Shown here: one piece after another, positions 22,852 to 36,399 of the stretch
Numbering within the stretch: position 1 is the first letter of the stretch
Layout of the letters: each line of letters begins with the position of its first letter
From: Takakia lepidozioides
Lineage: Eukaryota > Plantae > Bryophyta
Assembly (NCBI GenBank): GCA_030704615.1
Contig: CM060732.1
Location: 21,080,001 to 21,144,000, forward strand
Length of the DNA: 64,000 nt
Direction of reading: 5' to 3'
Made by a program: the position numbers and the translations under genes
Notes under the pieces: generated by a model
Told to the model about the DNA's origin: nothing
The model's input: the letters and a program-made list of their open reading frames with translations, nothing else
The model's database searches: none

Positions 22852-23629
22852 TTTGTAACTAGAGCACCAGATCCTTTGCTTTAAAAACTCCTCAGCCCTA
22901 ATCAAACCCACATACGATGAGCATGCAAAAGGAGGATTAACTTACCGAGTACCAGATAAGTTTATTCTACGAGTACCTACACTGCTCTCATGTACAAGAA
23001 GGAACTATTGAATGAGTGTGATAGGGAGAGAGAGCTCATGCATGTGTCGAGCTCCTAGATTGCCTTTTGCTTTCGTATCCCGAATCCAGGGTTTAAATAC
23101 CCGAATCAGGTCCACCCAGAGCTGCGCAAGAGCCGGGGATAAGACACGGAGGGAGAGAGACGTAGACACGGCGGGATAGAGACCTTGTCTTACTGAAGCT
23201 GAGCCGAAGATTGACTGCCCTCGTGTGTCTTTTTCCTTCGTAACTTGTTTACTTTGTGAGGCATACCGTATGCCGCAGCCCCGGGGCGCGGCATTGCAAA
23301 GACAGAATGTTTGTTGTTTGTTGTTTGTTGCAGCTGCGGCATAGGAGAGAATTTACACCTAACTTACCCGGGGCCTCTTCTTGTCAAAGTCAAACACTCC
23401 CAAGTATTCGAATGCGATCAAGTCTCTCCCAAGTCTTGTGGGTTTTGTTTGAATCCGCTACGCGCTCTGTTGGGACCCACAAATCCCCTCCACTTCCAAT
23501 TGAGCGGGACTCCAAGGATGCAAGAGGGGCAGCCCACTGTGTGTGCCTAGGCATTTACGTTGCGGAAGTGCGAGGAAGCTAACTTAACGTCGGCTAGGTG
23601 GCCTGTCCTGCTTTAGTGCACCCCATCCA

Positions 23630-23914
23630 GCAATTTTTTTTTTAATTTGAAAAATAGCACGAGTGGCTATTAAGTCTTACAAGAATAGCTATATATTCTG
23701 TTCATCCATTGAAATTTGGATAGAATCATCTTCCTATGTACTTTCATCCATGTATATCATCCGTATTTGGCAAATTCATCCATTATTATTATTTCTTTGT
23801 AGAAGTTTGGCGATTTCATCCATGGAAAATTTGGGAATTTACGACAGCCTACTATTCCACTTTACTTTTTTGAGGTTGCCATTTGGCGATTTTTCGCCAC
23901 AAAAGAAAACACTG
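23630..23914. mobile_element. hAT-like MITE remnant
   Basis: Right end AAAAGAAAACACTG (CAGTGTTTT TIR type) with TGGCGA/TCGCCA subterminal motifs. Left end degenerate. Confidence 0.4.
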
Positions 23915-24859
23915 ACCCTATCCCCCCAACTTTTTTTTTCCACTTCTATGATAAGAGGGGATACACACATCGGTTGGCACGTTTCAGTTTACCAATATTT
24001 TACAGTAGTACATATAAATAGGATAATGGTAATAGCTAATGAAGTGTCAAAACTCTCAATATTGAAGTTTTCTCTTGTTTATCTTTTGGACAGTTAAAAG
24101 GTAGATCTATTGATATGATATAAATTTTACATCATGGTTCTTTTCTTGAATTCTGAATGAGGCACGAGTGGCACCCGGTTGGGAGGGAAAGGATCAGTTA
24201 GTGTGGCTAAGATAATGTATTTGTTCTAAAAAGCAAGGCTACAGATCCTGAATGTTGTGGCTGGATTGTGCAACACCATCCATTTGCTTATAAATATAAG
24301 CTGACGAATGGAAATCCACATCAACTGACTCATGGAGCTAATATTGAAGTTGTGGTGGGTGTGAGTTGGCGACATACAAATTGCATTATTAGCATATCAG
24401 CACCATTGATCATCCATAAATACCCATTGAAACACAAAAATGATAGCACAAAATTAGTTGACATAAACTCCAATCTTCAAAGTACCATACGGAGGAATTG
24501 AACTTGGTCATATAGACGTTGCTTATGTCAAGCACCATTACACTCTAACAAAGTAGTCGAGCACATTGTGCTAGTAAAGTATATTATATAGAAATTGATG
24601 AATATTGTTTGGCATCACCCCTGCAATCAAGACATACTTGCAATAACATAGACATACTGAAGGCTTCCTTATGCAACCACCTTCACTCAAAGGGCTCAGT
24701 ACCACACCTCCTACAATCAACACATACATCCATAGCACATAGACATACTAATAGATCACTGCCACCATGCGAGTCTTCTCTTCACGTCAGTCATTGATTT
24801 CCTCATGATATGGTAATGTATCACACCCAGTGTCATTTCTGGGTTTTTCTCTATGTTGA

Positions 24860-25375
24860 TCATTTCAAGAAAGGCTATGTGGTTTTTTAGAAGATGTAAT
24901 GTTGTTTGTCATCAAAGGGTTTTTAAAACTCCGGATTGTGGGGTCAATCTGATTTCAAAGAATGGCTTACACATTATGTCATAGAGTTGTTTTCCTGTCT
25001 AGAAAAGTATTTATAGAGGAAGTACTACCCTCGTTAGTGAAAAAAACTCTTCAGAAACATGTAGAATCTGCTCTCAGTTTGTGCTTGTCAGCAACAGTTT
25101 GCACTTTTGACCTTTGGATGTCCAATTAAAGGGGCTTATGACATATTGCAGTTGTTGTAAATTTTCTCTCAAGTGAGTGGGAACCGAAACATGTTACAAT
25201 AGGCCTCTTCGAAGCTAGAGAGACCACTGGGGTAGCCATGGCTATAAATCTGCAAGAGTTGTTTGACAAATTTAAGCTCCACAAAAAGATCATATGTTAT
25301 GTAAATGACAATATGTGCAAACATGTGCTACAACAATGAGACGTATAATTATTTCGTTTGATTCTTTGGGCATCT
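24860..25375 (+). pseudogene. hAT transposase remnant
   Basis: FLEDVMLFVIKG...TFDLWMS...VVNFLSSEWEPKHVTIGLFEARETTG...IICYV.D, with frameshifts. Confidence 0.8.
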
Positions 25376-25419
25376 CTAAGCAATAGGGGCTGAAGGGGGC
25401 ATTTTTCTCCTGTAGGTGA

Positions 25420-26429
25420 AGTGGCAAAAAGGCTCACAAAACGGAGTGATACAGACGGTCATTTATCCACTGAGACGTTACCATCAATAGTGTCCAAGCA
25501 CAGACTTCATTGAAGATCTTGTACAACCTGTGCTCAACAGTAATGGGCACTTTCAGGTTTTGAAGACTTTTCACGAGGAAGACGAGTCGAGGTGGACATA
25601 TGTGTTCGACTTGTCAACAAGGGTTGAAACCTATCACCAACAACCATATTTGAGGCATCTTGAGATGTTCAATCGGTGTGCCACATCGTTTGAAGGTTTT
25701 GTAGTGTTTATGGTGTGCAAGCACACAAATGATCAAGAGAGGTTCATTGGAGTGAATCCACTCACCCATGCGTTTATCTCTTTTTGCAGTAGTCATGTGG
25801 TATTCCCCGATCCATTTCGCACCAAATTGCTTCCATGTTGTGATCAGCTGTATGCAGTTCTACCAATAAATCCATTTATTATACTTGATAATGGATGGAT
25901 GATTGCATTGGTTAAAATCAACATACAATGTGAACAACTGATGAATTGTGTGGTTCTGAGCTGGGCATCCAACTGAATTGTGGACTTGTGTGCAAGAGAG
26001 GATACCAGCAAATGGTTTGCTTTATATTATGAAAGCCACCATTTTGTTGTCTGTATTTGCCACTGTACTAGCCAATTTCTTCTACAGTATGTCGACGTAG
26101 CTGAGACCAGCAGTTGGGAGACCATGGACATAGAGGAATGTAGTCATGTCTCAATGGCCAGGTTCTTCAATGCAACCTTAGTTGGAGTGCATTCAAATAA
26201 CATTCACCAGGTGAGCCAGGTATCCCTCGAGTATCTTATTTCTGCATTCTCTGAGATTTGTTTTGGACATGTCATATCCAAGGTTTATCAGTATGCAACT
26301 ACTGATGACAAGTTGCGAGAGGCTTTCACTATACATCCATCAATGTTGCGCAAACCGACATTCAGAAGTGTATCACATGACCAAAAAAATCAGGGAAAGG
26401 GTGGAGAGATTGGGTCAAAGCTTATGTAG
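25420..26429 (+). pseudogene. Possible F-box-associated-type pseudogene
   Basis: Same frame across 25530-26429 with one TGA at 25974; ..EGFVVF...GVNPLT motif. No F-box seen. Confidence 0.3.
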
Positions 26430-27039
26430 ATTCCGGGATGAGACCACGAAATTGAATACACCGGTGAAAACTAGGTCTGAAAGGAAGTTCCTTTCATGCT
26501 TAATATATGTGTCTTCTTTAGTTTTTGCAAGTCTTCTTTGCCATTTTTAAAGTTTCTTGCCATAGCTCCAACTGATACAATTTTTTCAATTTTAGGTTTG
26601 CAAGTCATATGTTACTGTTTCAAGCTGCTATTTTGTACCGAGCAACCATAGCTTTTTGTTAATCTCGCTTTGGCCAAGACCGTGTTCCCCCTCCACAAAC
26701 ATGGATTGTCTGTGAAACTGTGGTGAAAGTTTTGTCACCTATAGCAATCAATTGTGTATTGAACTGTAGAACCAATGACAATTCGTGATATTCACATGCC
26801 AAAAATGTCGAAAAGAACTTAATTTCAGACACGGTTGTTCCCGATGGTTACGCAGATCCACAATCATTGTTTTTTTTTTAATATGATGAATTTATAGCAA
26901 AGCATTGTCTTGGTGGCGGAGCAATGAGTATGTCATTTTCAAGTTGTCAAGTTTTATGGCACTGATTTTCAGCAGTTGAGAGGTAGAACAAAAAGACCAC
27001 TTCCACCATGTGCATAAGAGGTAAGTATTAGTATAAATT

Positions 27040-28340
27040 AACAATTTCGCCATTTGGTCTTTCCAATGCCACGTCTACCTTACAACGATTGATGGATATT
27101 GTTTTAGGCAATCGCTGGAAATGTGCACTTGTATACATAGATGATATTAGCGTCTATTTTGCTGGTTTTGATGCGTATTTAATAAATCTGCAACGAGTGT
27201 TCAGTAGGTTGAGGACTGTTGGATTAAGATAAAGCCTAAGAAGTGTAAACTTTTTATGCCAGATCTGCATTTCTTGGGCCATGTTAAATTGTTAATGGAT
27301 GGGTTGCTAGTAGCTACTTGACCTTGATAAATTGAAAAAAGTGTGGGAATTTCCCATTCCCAAGGACGTGCATTGTGACCACAACGCCAGCGTTGATGTT
27401 TCCAAATTTTCAGTTACCATTTAAATTACAGATTGATGCATCTTATGCTATACTTTGTCAAGTAATTGAAGAAAAAGAACATGTGATTGCTTATGCTTCC
27501 AAGAAGCTAGACAAACATGAACTCAATTACTCCACGTATAATCGACAATGAGGAGTTGGCTCTTGACAGTATTTGCATAGTATTTGCATGGCCCAACAAA
27601 TTCACTATTGAGGCATACCATCTCCCTCAGTCATGAGGTCTGAGGTGACGCTTCCTTGTACGAGATAACCTATGAACTTCAATCTCTTCTTGTGATTGAT
27701 GTATTTGCTCGAGTTGGGCTAGATCTGGTCGGTCCTCTCCTATTCACTTCTACGGGTCATATTAACTACTTGTGTGTAGACTTGTGTGTAGCTACTGAAT
27801 ATTTAACCAAGTGGGTAGAGGTCCGTCCCTTTTACACTAAGGATTCGGACAGAATTGAATAATTCTTCTTTAAGAAGATCATCATGCATCATGGCTGTCC
27901 CACGGAAATACTCATAGATTAGGGTAAGGAATTTTGCAACCAGTTGATGTCCATCATATGCTTTAACTTTGGTGTCAAACATGTGACTACAACACCTTAT
28001 TACCTTTCAACCAATTGTCTCACGGGACGGTTCAATCAAACCCTTTATAAAATGCTAGAAGAAAATGGAGCCTTCACTAAGGAGTGGAGTGGACACATTT
28101 CTTCCACCTCTTGTCTTTGCTTCTACGACCGCCATGTGTGCTAGCGTTAAATCATCGGCGCCCTCTGAGCGACTATATGACCACTGTTGTGTCACCCTTT
28201 TGCATTATTCTCCTTTAGTTTTTTATGTTGTTGAACTTGCGGATTCAGAGAACTTCTTGAAGAAACTACATGCTTGTCATGCGATTGCTGTGCATAAGGC
28301 CAACTGCCACATTGTCGTGGCACAATTTTTAAAATAAAGG
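27040..28340 (+). mobile_element. Highly degenerate Ty3/Gypsy pol remnant (RT, RNase H, integrase)
   Basis: PFGLSNATST.QRLMD...VYIDDI; IDAS...VIAYASKKL; GLDLVGPL...TEYLTKWVE...HGCP.EI.ID*G.EF...RFNQTL. Confidence 0.85.
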
Positions 28341-28879
28341 GACCTGGGAGCGACAGCCCACAAGAAACATTAACCCCATTTTATTTATGGGCCAACAAAT
28401 CAAAGTAATTTTTGGAAGTACTATGACATATACGTTAAATATGTGAAGAAACAAAAAAAAAAGAGAAATATTTAGAGCAGATTTGACAACTTGAATAATT
28501 TTCATAATCCATTTTTTTTCTTTTCTTTTTCTTGGGAAATCCGGGCAGCTTCGAAATATACATTAATGACGTGGCCTACAGAACGCGACGATGATGATGT
28601 GGTGGGGAGGACGTTTTTTTTATGTTTTATTTTTCATTTCTTTCGGGCAATCAGGGCAGATTCAAAAATTACGTTGATGATGTGGAATATGAAGAATGGC
28701 GATGATGACGTGGCAATGAAATGTGGCAACGATGACATGGCACTATGGCACCCTATTCCTGCTCTACACTAAAACTAGTCTCCCTCACTAGAATATCTTG
28801 GTTTAATGGTTTAATGGTCGGTGATAATTATCGTGCAAGGAAAGGCGAGTCACTGCAAGGGGCCGCAGGAGGAAAAACA

Positions 28880-29450
28880 TTATTATTTTTTAATTTAAAG
28901 AAACAGGGGACAGTGCCCCTGAGAAAAACAATTTACTAAAACAACAAAAACAATAACCAAGGGGCAGCGGTTAAGAAATGTTTTTTTAACACAACAAAAA
29001 AAAATAACAACCAATGGGCAGGGGCTTAAGTTATTTTCCTGGATGGCCAAAAAACATTCATTCCCGGATTGAGCATCTGAGAGGGCACGAGGTGTGGGTT
29101 ACAGTAACTTGGAAACGAAGTCGGAGTGGGAGAGAGAGAGAGCATGTGAGAAAGATGACAAGAAGTCGAGGGGGGATAACAATGAGAACTTTGAGAGCAT
29201 GGACTGATCGACGTGCAGGAAAGAGGATGGTAGCTGAATCGTGGTATCGGGTAATCTAGAGATTATCTGAAGATCGTGAAACTGGATTAGGGAGATGGCA
29301 GGAGAAGTGTGAGACAGAAACTTAGAGCGCAAGAAATTGCAGGAATAGTGAAGCATGTGTAAGCTTTGAGACATCGAGAACTTAGAATCGCAGGTGACGA
29401 GATGGATTGATCCGAAACTGTGCCGGCAGGGGTTCGGAGAACTGTTAATA
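28880..29450 (-). mobile_element. LINE-like 3' end fragment
   Basis: Minus strand ends CAGGGGCACTGTCCCCTG plus an A-rich tail, the same terminal hairpin as the L1 ending at 49988. Confidence 0.4.
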
Positions 29451-31171
29451 TACATCTACCTTTGACTTAGTACACTCAGCAGTTTAACAATATACTACCT
29501 GTAATAATAACCAGATCATATGTGGGCTAAGCCTCAGGTTTACTTTCTGATCATATTATGTCGGGTCCGGGTTTCAGTAATTGTGCTGAGTGCATAGATC
29601 TGCAAATGCTTAGTTTCCAGCAGTTGAAATCGTAGTTATATGAGACGATTGGGATGGGCTTCGTGAAACTCCGGAAGCGTGGCACCCGTTCGGACAGTAA
29701 GCAGTGAATTAGGGTAGTTACTGCTAATTTTCCAGCATATGAATGAGCACGTATAGGTAGAATTTACATATCTCTAGCATCGCCCGGAGTCTAACTTATT
29801 CTAACTTAAAGGGGTGTATTTTGAGTGACACAAACCAAATCAAAAGCGATAGTTTGTGATCGTGACTGTGCAATATGTTTAGTTCTGGAGCACTTGGCTG
29901 ATTGTGACTGACCTATGGGACAGTCCCAACCTCACTAATAACACTGGCACAAGGAACTCATTGGATATTTACTGTTCAAGATGGCTATGGAACGGTGTAA
30001 GGCTTACAGTTCAGGCCCTTTCTTGAAAAGTAACCTCCTTAACAGGGGCTTCGAAACCCAGACCCATAAGCACAGGCTTCGTTATGGACGAGCTGGTTTT
30101 TCCATCTGTGAGGAACAGCATCTGTTCATGTCCATTGACTTCTTATCCTGTACATCCCGGTTAAAATGCTAATACTCCGATTGGGGCAACATGGGTTCCC
30201 GCGGTTAGTAAGAACTTGCATGACTCACGAAGCCTTAGTTTGAAAAATGCACCTCAAGAACAAACACTAGAACCCAACTTGGAGAGGTGATTTGGGTCCC
30301 AATTGGTGTCCCCTGTGATGGAATGTTCTGACTGTGGCGAAGGGCTCTTCTCTGGATAATCTGTGCAGCCGCAAGCCAGCTTTATGGAAATGCCTTTTTT
30401 AAATAGGTATAGGAAAGGCAAAGACTCCAGCAAAGATAGTTCCGAACAGGGGAGATGGTTGATTTACTAGCGGGGTTGCTCCGATTGGTTTTGGCCGCTA
30501 CAACATCTGGCTAGTTTGAGCTGCCATGGTTTTTGCTGCTCTGGTGAGAGAGTCCATGAACATGAAACTCTAAAGAAATGGTGGTGGAGTATGCAAGCGG
30601 ACCTCCCATTCAAATTTGAGGTCCTTTCGCAGAAAGATATAGGTATGTAGCCGAAAGCGGGCTCAATCTAGTGCCATTAGCATGGATAGGTTCTTTTCCC
30701 TCAATGCGAGGTGCATAAGATATGCCTAGGCATTTTCATGCAGGAAGCCCTTCTCATATTACCAAAATGTGAGCAGTGGATGGATGCCTTGCTGTTGTCC
30801 ATCCCCTCCCAGTCCATTCTACACACAGCATTTTGTACAAAACAGTCTTGTTTTACACAGCATTCCTCTTTTCGAAGAAGGAAGTCTCCTCGCGGGTTTA
30901 TCTCTACCGGCTTTCTCTTATGTGGGTTTTCCTCTTTTAACCGGCGAAGTCTCTTTGTGGGGTTTTCCATTTTTTCTCTTCTGTGGGTCTTCCTCTTTTC
31001 TTGAAAGAAACGAAGTCTCTTTGTGGGTTTTACTCGGGAGTCTGCCTTTCTGTGGGTTTTCCTCTCTTCTTGATCGTGCACTCCTTCGGCGTTCAGATAA
31101 TAATGGGGGAAGCGTTGGGTTAGTGCAGACTGGAGAGAATTTTCTCTCTGCTGGCTACAAAACCTGCAGCC

Positions 31172-34100
31172 ATGGCGCACGCCGTGGAAGGTACTATTCT
31201 GCTCCACTCCTACTCAATCACAACAAGAAACAGGGCAAGAGGGGGCGAGACAGGGATCTTTGTGAGAAGGCCTGGCAATGGATGGAGGGGAGGCATTGTT
31301 GGAGAAGAAGTTAGGTTAGTGGTAGAGCGTGCGAGTAATCCTTGGTTGAGCTGTGGGAGAGTTTGGAAAACTGGTCGTGGGTCAAGTGATGGGCTTTGGC
31401 AAAGGAATCCAAGAAACCACTGTGCACAGAGGTCTTTGTCGGTTCATGGAGGGGGGTCAGGACAAGGAGGAACAAGAAATGTAGCTTGCGCTGGGAAATG
31501 GGCCATGCACGGGGCAGATGTAGAGTTGCAGGATGGCGAATCCATAACATTTCGAGGGGAGGATGCCGCCAGGCCGTCTGACTGGAGTGAGAGCTCCTCA
31601 TTGGCTACCTTGCAGAGGACTCCGGCCATCCAGTCTTACAATGAAGCCAAAATCAAGGTGATAGGGATCGGAGGTGGGGGCTCCAATGCAGTGAACCGGA
31701 TGCTTGAGAGCGAGATGCAAGGTGTGGAGTTTTGGATTGTGAATACTGATGCGCAAGCAATGGCCATGTCTCCAGTGGCTCCTGAGAATCGATTGCAAAT
31801 AGGGCAGAAATTGACGCGAGGATTAGGAGCAGGGGGTAACCCTGAGATTGGGACAAGCGCTGCGGAGGAAAGCAAGTCTATGGTGGAGGAGGCGCTTCGG
31901 GGAGCCGACATGGTTTTCGTCACTGTGAGTTTTTCCTTCCTTCCTGATTTCAGTGGTAGACGTTGTTTTGTGGGGATTTTGCGCGGAAGGCTTTTTATGG
32001 AACCTACTTTATCTTCCTGGAACGGTCGTTTTGGAACATGCAGTCATTTTGGCTGTCCAATTGGGTGAGAGTGGCTCACAAATTCCTCTTGGATCCTTTA
32101 ATTGTCAAGCTATGGATGGAGCAAGCTGTTTTTCCCAAATAGTGCTCCAGTTTCGGTCATTTGTCAAGCCCTAAAACTTGCATACAGTCGGTCACGTGTC
32201 AAAAGTGAAAAAGCACTTCTCAGTCTTAAACAACGATCATGCAGTAGGTGTCTCGGTGTTTGAAAATGTAAAAAGACAATGAAGCAAGAAGGGTGCTAGA
32301 ATTGGAGCAGTTTCCTGTGGCATGGGGAATGGCAAATTGAAAATGCAGTAATTGATCGGTGTTTTGGCGGGGGGAATCAGTTACAAGCAGCCAGTTGTGC
32401 GGCAGGGAATTGATCACCAAAACAAACCCCAGAGGAGATTTTACAAGCCTTTTCCTCCTTATCCTTGATGCATTATCCATGGCATTTCTATGACCATTGC
32501 TGATGCAAGTCAGGGGGACCCTGTTAAGTTTTAATTTGAACAGTTTGCTTATCTTGCAGGCTGGAATGGGTGGTGGAACTGGAAGTGGAGCAGCTCCAAT
32601 AATCGCAGCAGTAGCTAAAGAGCTAGGAGTTCTGACAGTGGGAATAGTTACTACCCCTTTCTCATTTGAAGGGCGACGACGAGCAGTACAAGCACAAGAA
32701 GGCCTAGCAGCACTTCGAAATAGTGTTGATACTCTGATTGTGATTCCAAATGATAAGTTGCTAACTGCTGTCTCGCAGTCCACCCCAGTCACAGAAGCCT
32801 TTAACTTGGCAGATGACATTTTGCGGCAAGGAGTTCGGGGGATTTCAGACATCATCACGGTGAAATATCTTGTCCCATAATTGATGCAGAATAGATTACA
32901 AGGATAAAAGTAATTCTTGCTTGCTATTGTACCACGGGTATTTTTGTCCTCACCCATGATTCATATGACACTCTATGTCAAATTTCTTGAATTTGTAAGC
33001 AGCTTGTGAAGGCAGACATGTTATTTCTGGCAATTGTGTGTAGTGAAGGTTGTAGAGGGTGCCTGGGTGACTGAGGCCGTGAATCCATCTGGAGGCTTTC
33101 AGCAAGCTATGAAACTCAACTCCACGACCTCCAGGGTTTGTGAGCAAAGCCATCCCTTGGTGGCCAAGCATAGCTTCCCTGCAATTACACTTAGGGTTGC
33201 TGTAAATGAAGAGGGTAATTGTTAAGAGCTGAATTCTGTTATCTTTGGTTAGAGTAAAGGTGCTCCTCCATGGAAGTCTTCTGTCCACGTTGCCATCAGG
33301 GAGTAGGATCCTGTAGCAATCGGTGGTCTCTGTGGGTTTCTACCGGCAATTCAAGCAGATTGTGATGTATGCCCCAGTCTGTCCTCCCTCAATCAGCACT
33401 CAATTTTGGTTCACAGGTACCGGGACTGGTGAATGTGGATTTCGCTGATGTACGAGCCATCATGGCAGATGCTGGTTCATCCTTGATGGGTATTGGGACT
33501 GCCACAGGTGAGAGAGAATGTACTCATAAGACGTTCTTTGCCATAGACTACCACAGCCGCAGGTGAGAGAGAGAGGGAGAGATTGTACTCATAAGACGTT
33601 GTTTGCCGTAGCCTTGTGGCCATTGACCCCGCGCCCAGTTTGAGTGGGAACAAAAGGGACAGAACCTACCTCTGTCAGGGGCTGACGTTGGTAGTAAGAC
33701 TTACCTCCATATAAAGAATTAATCCGGGTTTTCCAGATATCCTCTAGAAATCCCTTCACACAAGCATCAATCTGCTGTGTGTGATTTGCCCAAAAACTAG
33801 GCCTCAGGAGGGCCTGGGCTTTTGGCTCAGCCTCGAGACTTTCAAAGTTGGTAAACAGTTGTACAGGCACAATTCCCTTAATAGATTTGAAGAGAGCGTC
33901 TCTTTGGTGAGAGAACCCCGGACAGTGTATCAGAAAATGAATACTGTCTTCAGATTGCCCACACAACGGGCAATTGCACTCTCCCTTTCCTCTCTGCTTC
34001 TGTTTGCTGTTCAAATGTAGGCTTCCTGCCCTGAGTTTAAATTTCAGTCTAGTGCCGAGAGTGGGTAGACCCTTGAGGTCAGAGAGAGGGAGAGAGCCCC

Positions 34101-35655
34101 GGGTAGGCCAGTGCAATTAAGAGCCTCTTTCCTTCTGAGTAAAAGAGGTAGTTTCTGTCTACCTCTATAGAACGACAACTGGTCATGGACTGACCTCCGG
34201 CATTAATTCAAAGCTGATTATTTAAAGATTGGAAATGCCTATAAGTTATGTTGACCTATATAGTCACAAAACTCTCCATATTAGTGAAGACCATACGGAA
34301 TCATTTTACTAGTACCAATTTTGTTTATCATGGGAAGGTTTGACGAGTTTTAATGGCAGGAAAATCAAGGGCTAGAGATGCAGCATTGAGTGCCATCCAG
34401 TCCCCCCTTCTGGATATTGGTATTGAACGTGCGACTGGGATTGTCTGGAACATCACTGGCGGTAGTGACATGACTCTCTTTGAGGTGATCCTGTACCCCT
34501 CTACAGGTCCGTCTACTGAATGCATCGCAGGAGTCTTGTAGTCTTCAATCCCTGACATTTTACTTGTACAACCTCTTATATTCTTTCTTTTTTCCTCTCA
34601 TGTTATCTTCCCCCTTTTTCCCTTGGACCCTTCAAGCTTTTTGCTCCACAAGAATATCTAAGAGAAGGAGAGGTTGACTGATATGAACTTTGGCGGTCCT
34701 AGGTGAATGCAGCGGCGGAGGTTATCTATGATTTGGTTGATCCAAATGCAAATCTCATTTTTGGTGCCGTGGTGGATGAATCTCTCAAAGGTCAAGTGAG
34801 TGCTCTGGACCGGCAAATCTTGACCACCAAGATTTTGGACACCTTAGTAGTGTAAAATTAGGCCGCACTCTTGGAAGGAGCCTCAACCTATGTAGATGTA
34901 TTTTGAGGTTACCCAATTGAGTCACCCATACATGGATAAAGAATGGTTTGAGATTTAAGGTGGGCCTCATAGGATGTTGTTAATACCGTAACAAGAAGGT
35001 ACTTCTGTAGCTCTGAATAACATCCTGATGTCTATGAAATTATAGGGATTGCTGTGCTCTTGATGGGCAAGGGGGATCAACTAATATTTTCTAGGATGCT
35101 GAATGGTTCGGTTTTGGTGCAGGTGAGTATCACACTAATAGCAACAGGGTTTCGAGGCCAAGAAGAATCTGAACTGCGAGCTGTACAGGCAAGCTCTTTG
35201 CATTCTATGTGATAGCCATGTCAAGCTGCAATGATGCATCCTAGCAAATGATAATAATATGAAATGTCCAAGTTCGTCATGAATTGAGTTGGGTTTGGCT
35301 TACCACTCAAGGATCTTCTTCCAGATTGGGACCTATAAGCTTGTTCTATGCCTTCGGATTGAGCGATCCGGGCTGCTGATAATTGTTGTCTTCAATGGGG
35401 GCCTGAGAACTTTCTATCAAGTCACCCTGGTTAGGTGTGATATTTCTGGTAGCTCCAGTATTTTGGCCCTTGTGATGCACTTTCTAAGTCTTAAAATCCG
35501 CAACTTGGTTTGTTCAGCAAGCAGGCACAGGTGATGTGGCATCTGGGCTAGGACGGAGGTCATCTGTTGTCTCTCCGTCCGTCCTGGCAAATGGTGGCGG
35601 TGTTGATATTCCGAGCTTTCTAAAGAAACGGGGACGGCCTCGTTATTCTAGGTAG
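31172..35655 (+). CDS. FtsZ2: Plastid division protein FtsZ2, 7 exons (31172-31924, 32560-32859, 33417-33507, 34360-34484, 34703-34795, 35123-35188, 35518-35655), ~521 aa
   Basis: [32 protein letters not shown]; C-terminal [11 protein letters not shown] peptide typical of FtsZ2; transit-peptide-like N-terminus. Spliced 1566 nt in frame (intron 6 is GC-AG). Start codon is the first ATG, unverified. Confidence 0.95.
33565..34150 (-). mobile_element. 5'-truncated non-L1-type LINE 3' end (C-terminal CCHC zinc finger, CT-microsatellite tail) in FtsZ2 intron 3
   Basis: RLKFKLRAG...[17 protein letters not shown]...R; stop at 33589 followed almost at once by TCTCTCCCTCTCTCTCTC. Confidence 0.75.
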
Positions 35656-36399
35656 GGCACAGGTTACCTCAGTGGGTTTAGTTTGTTCAGCTAAAGTAAG
35701 GGCTGGCAGGCTGTGCCTATTGCTGCTTTGATCGTTGTCTGTCTCCCTCATTTCTCCAAGCTTCATGAGAGTTTAGAGGCCAGCTTTTGGTTGGTTGTTC
35801 TCTCGTCTCTGCATGCTGAGAGGGCCTTCCTTTAACCCACTCTCATGGTCGCAAAGAGCCATTTTGTCAGGTAACAGTGACTGCAGGACAATATTACTAG
35901 TTAAATATTGGGGGTCCAATTTTACTGTATCTAAGTTACTTCTATCAAGCGAGCTGATTGGTGCTGCCTTACAGTAAAATCCAAGTCTTTTGCTGCATTG
36001 TCCATGTTAGTTGGAGAACAGCTAAGGGGATGTACAGGAGTACCTGGAAATTGCAGACCATCATTTTAACTGAGTGCGAGTTGGCCCATGTTAGTCAAGA
36101 TTTATGAAAATTCTCTTTCACTGTAAATATCGAAACTGAGTTCATGCACGATGCTGTTCATCTGCCAAACAGACTTCTGCCACGTCTGTTGGTGGATGGT
36201 GTAATGTGGCTTCATACCTGTTTGTAGAGGATTGAACTCCAAAGATGCAAATTCCAGTTCTTATTCGAGTTGAACTACAACTGTGGGTGCTTCACTAGGG
36301 GAGGGTTTCCAGATTCCTCTGGCCAGGAGAAGCCACTAGCTATGACTCAGCATGGATGACACTGGTGATGTGTCTGTTGGTATGTAGGATTGAGCTCCA

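Noticed and set aside
28560-28780. GATGACGTGG repeats ending in CTAGT (Helitron end or ABRE cluster)
   Set aside because: No clear subterminal hairpin or 5' end; cannot be assigned.
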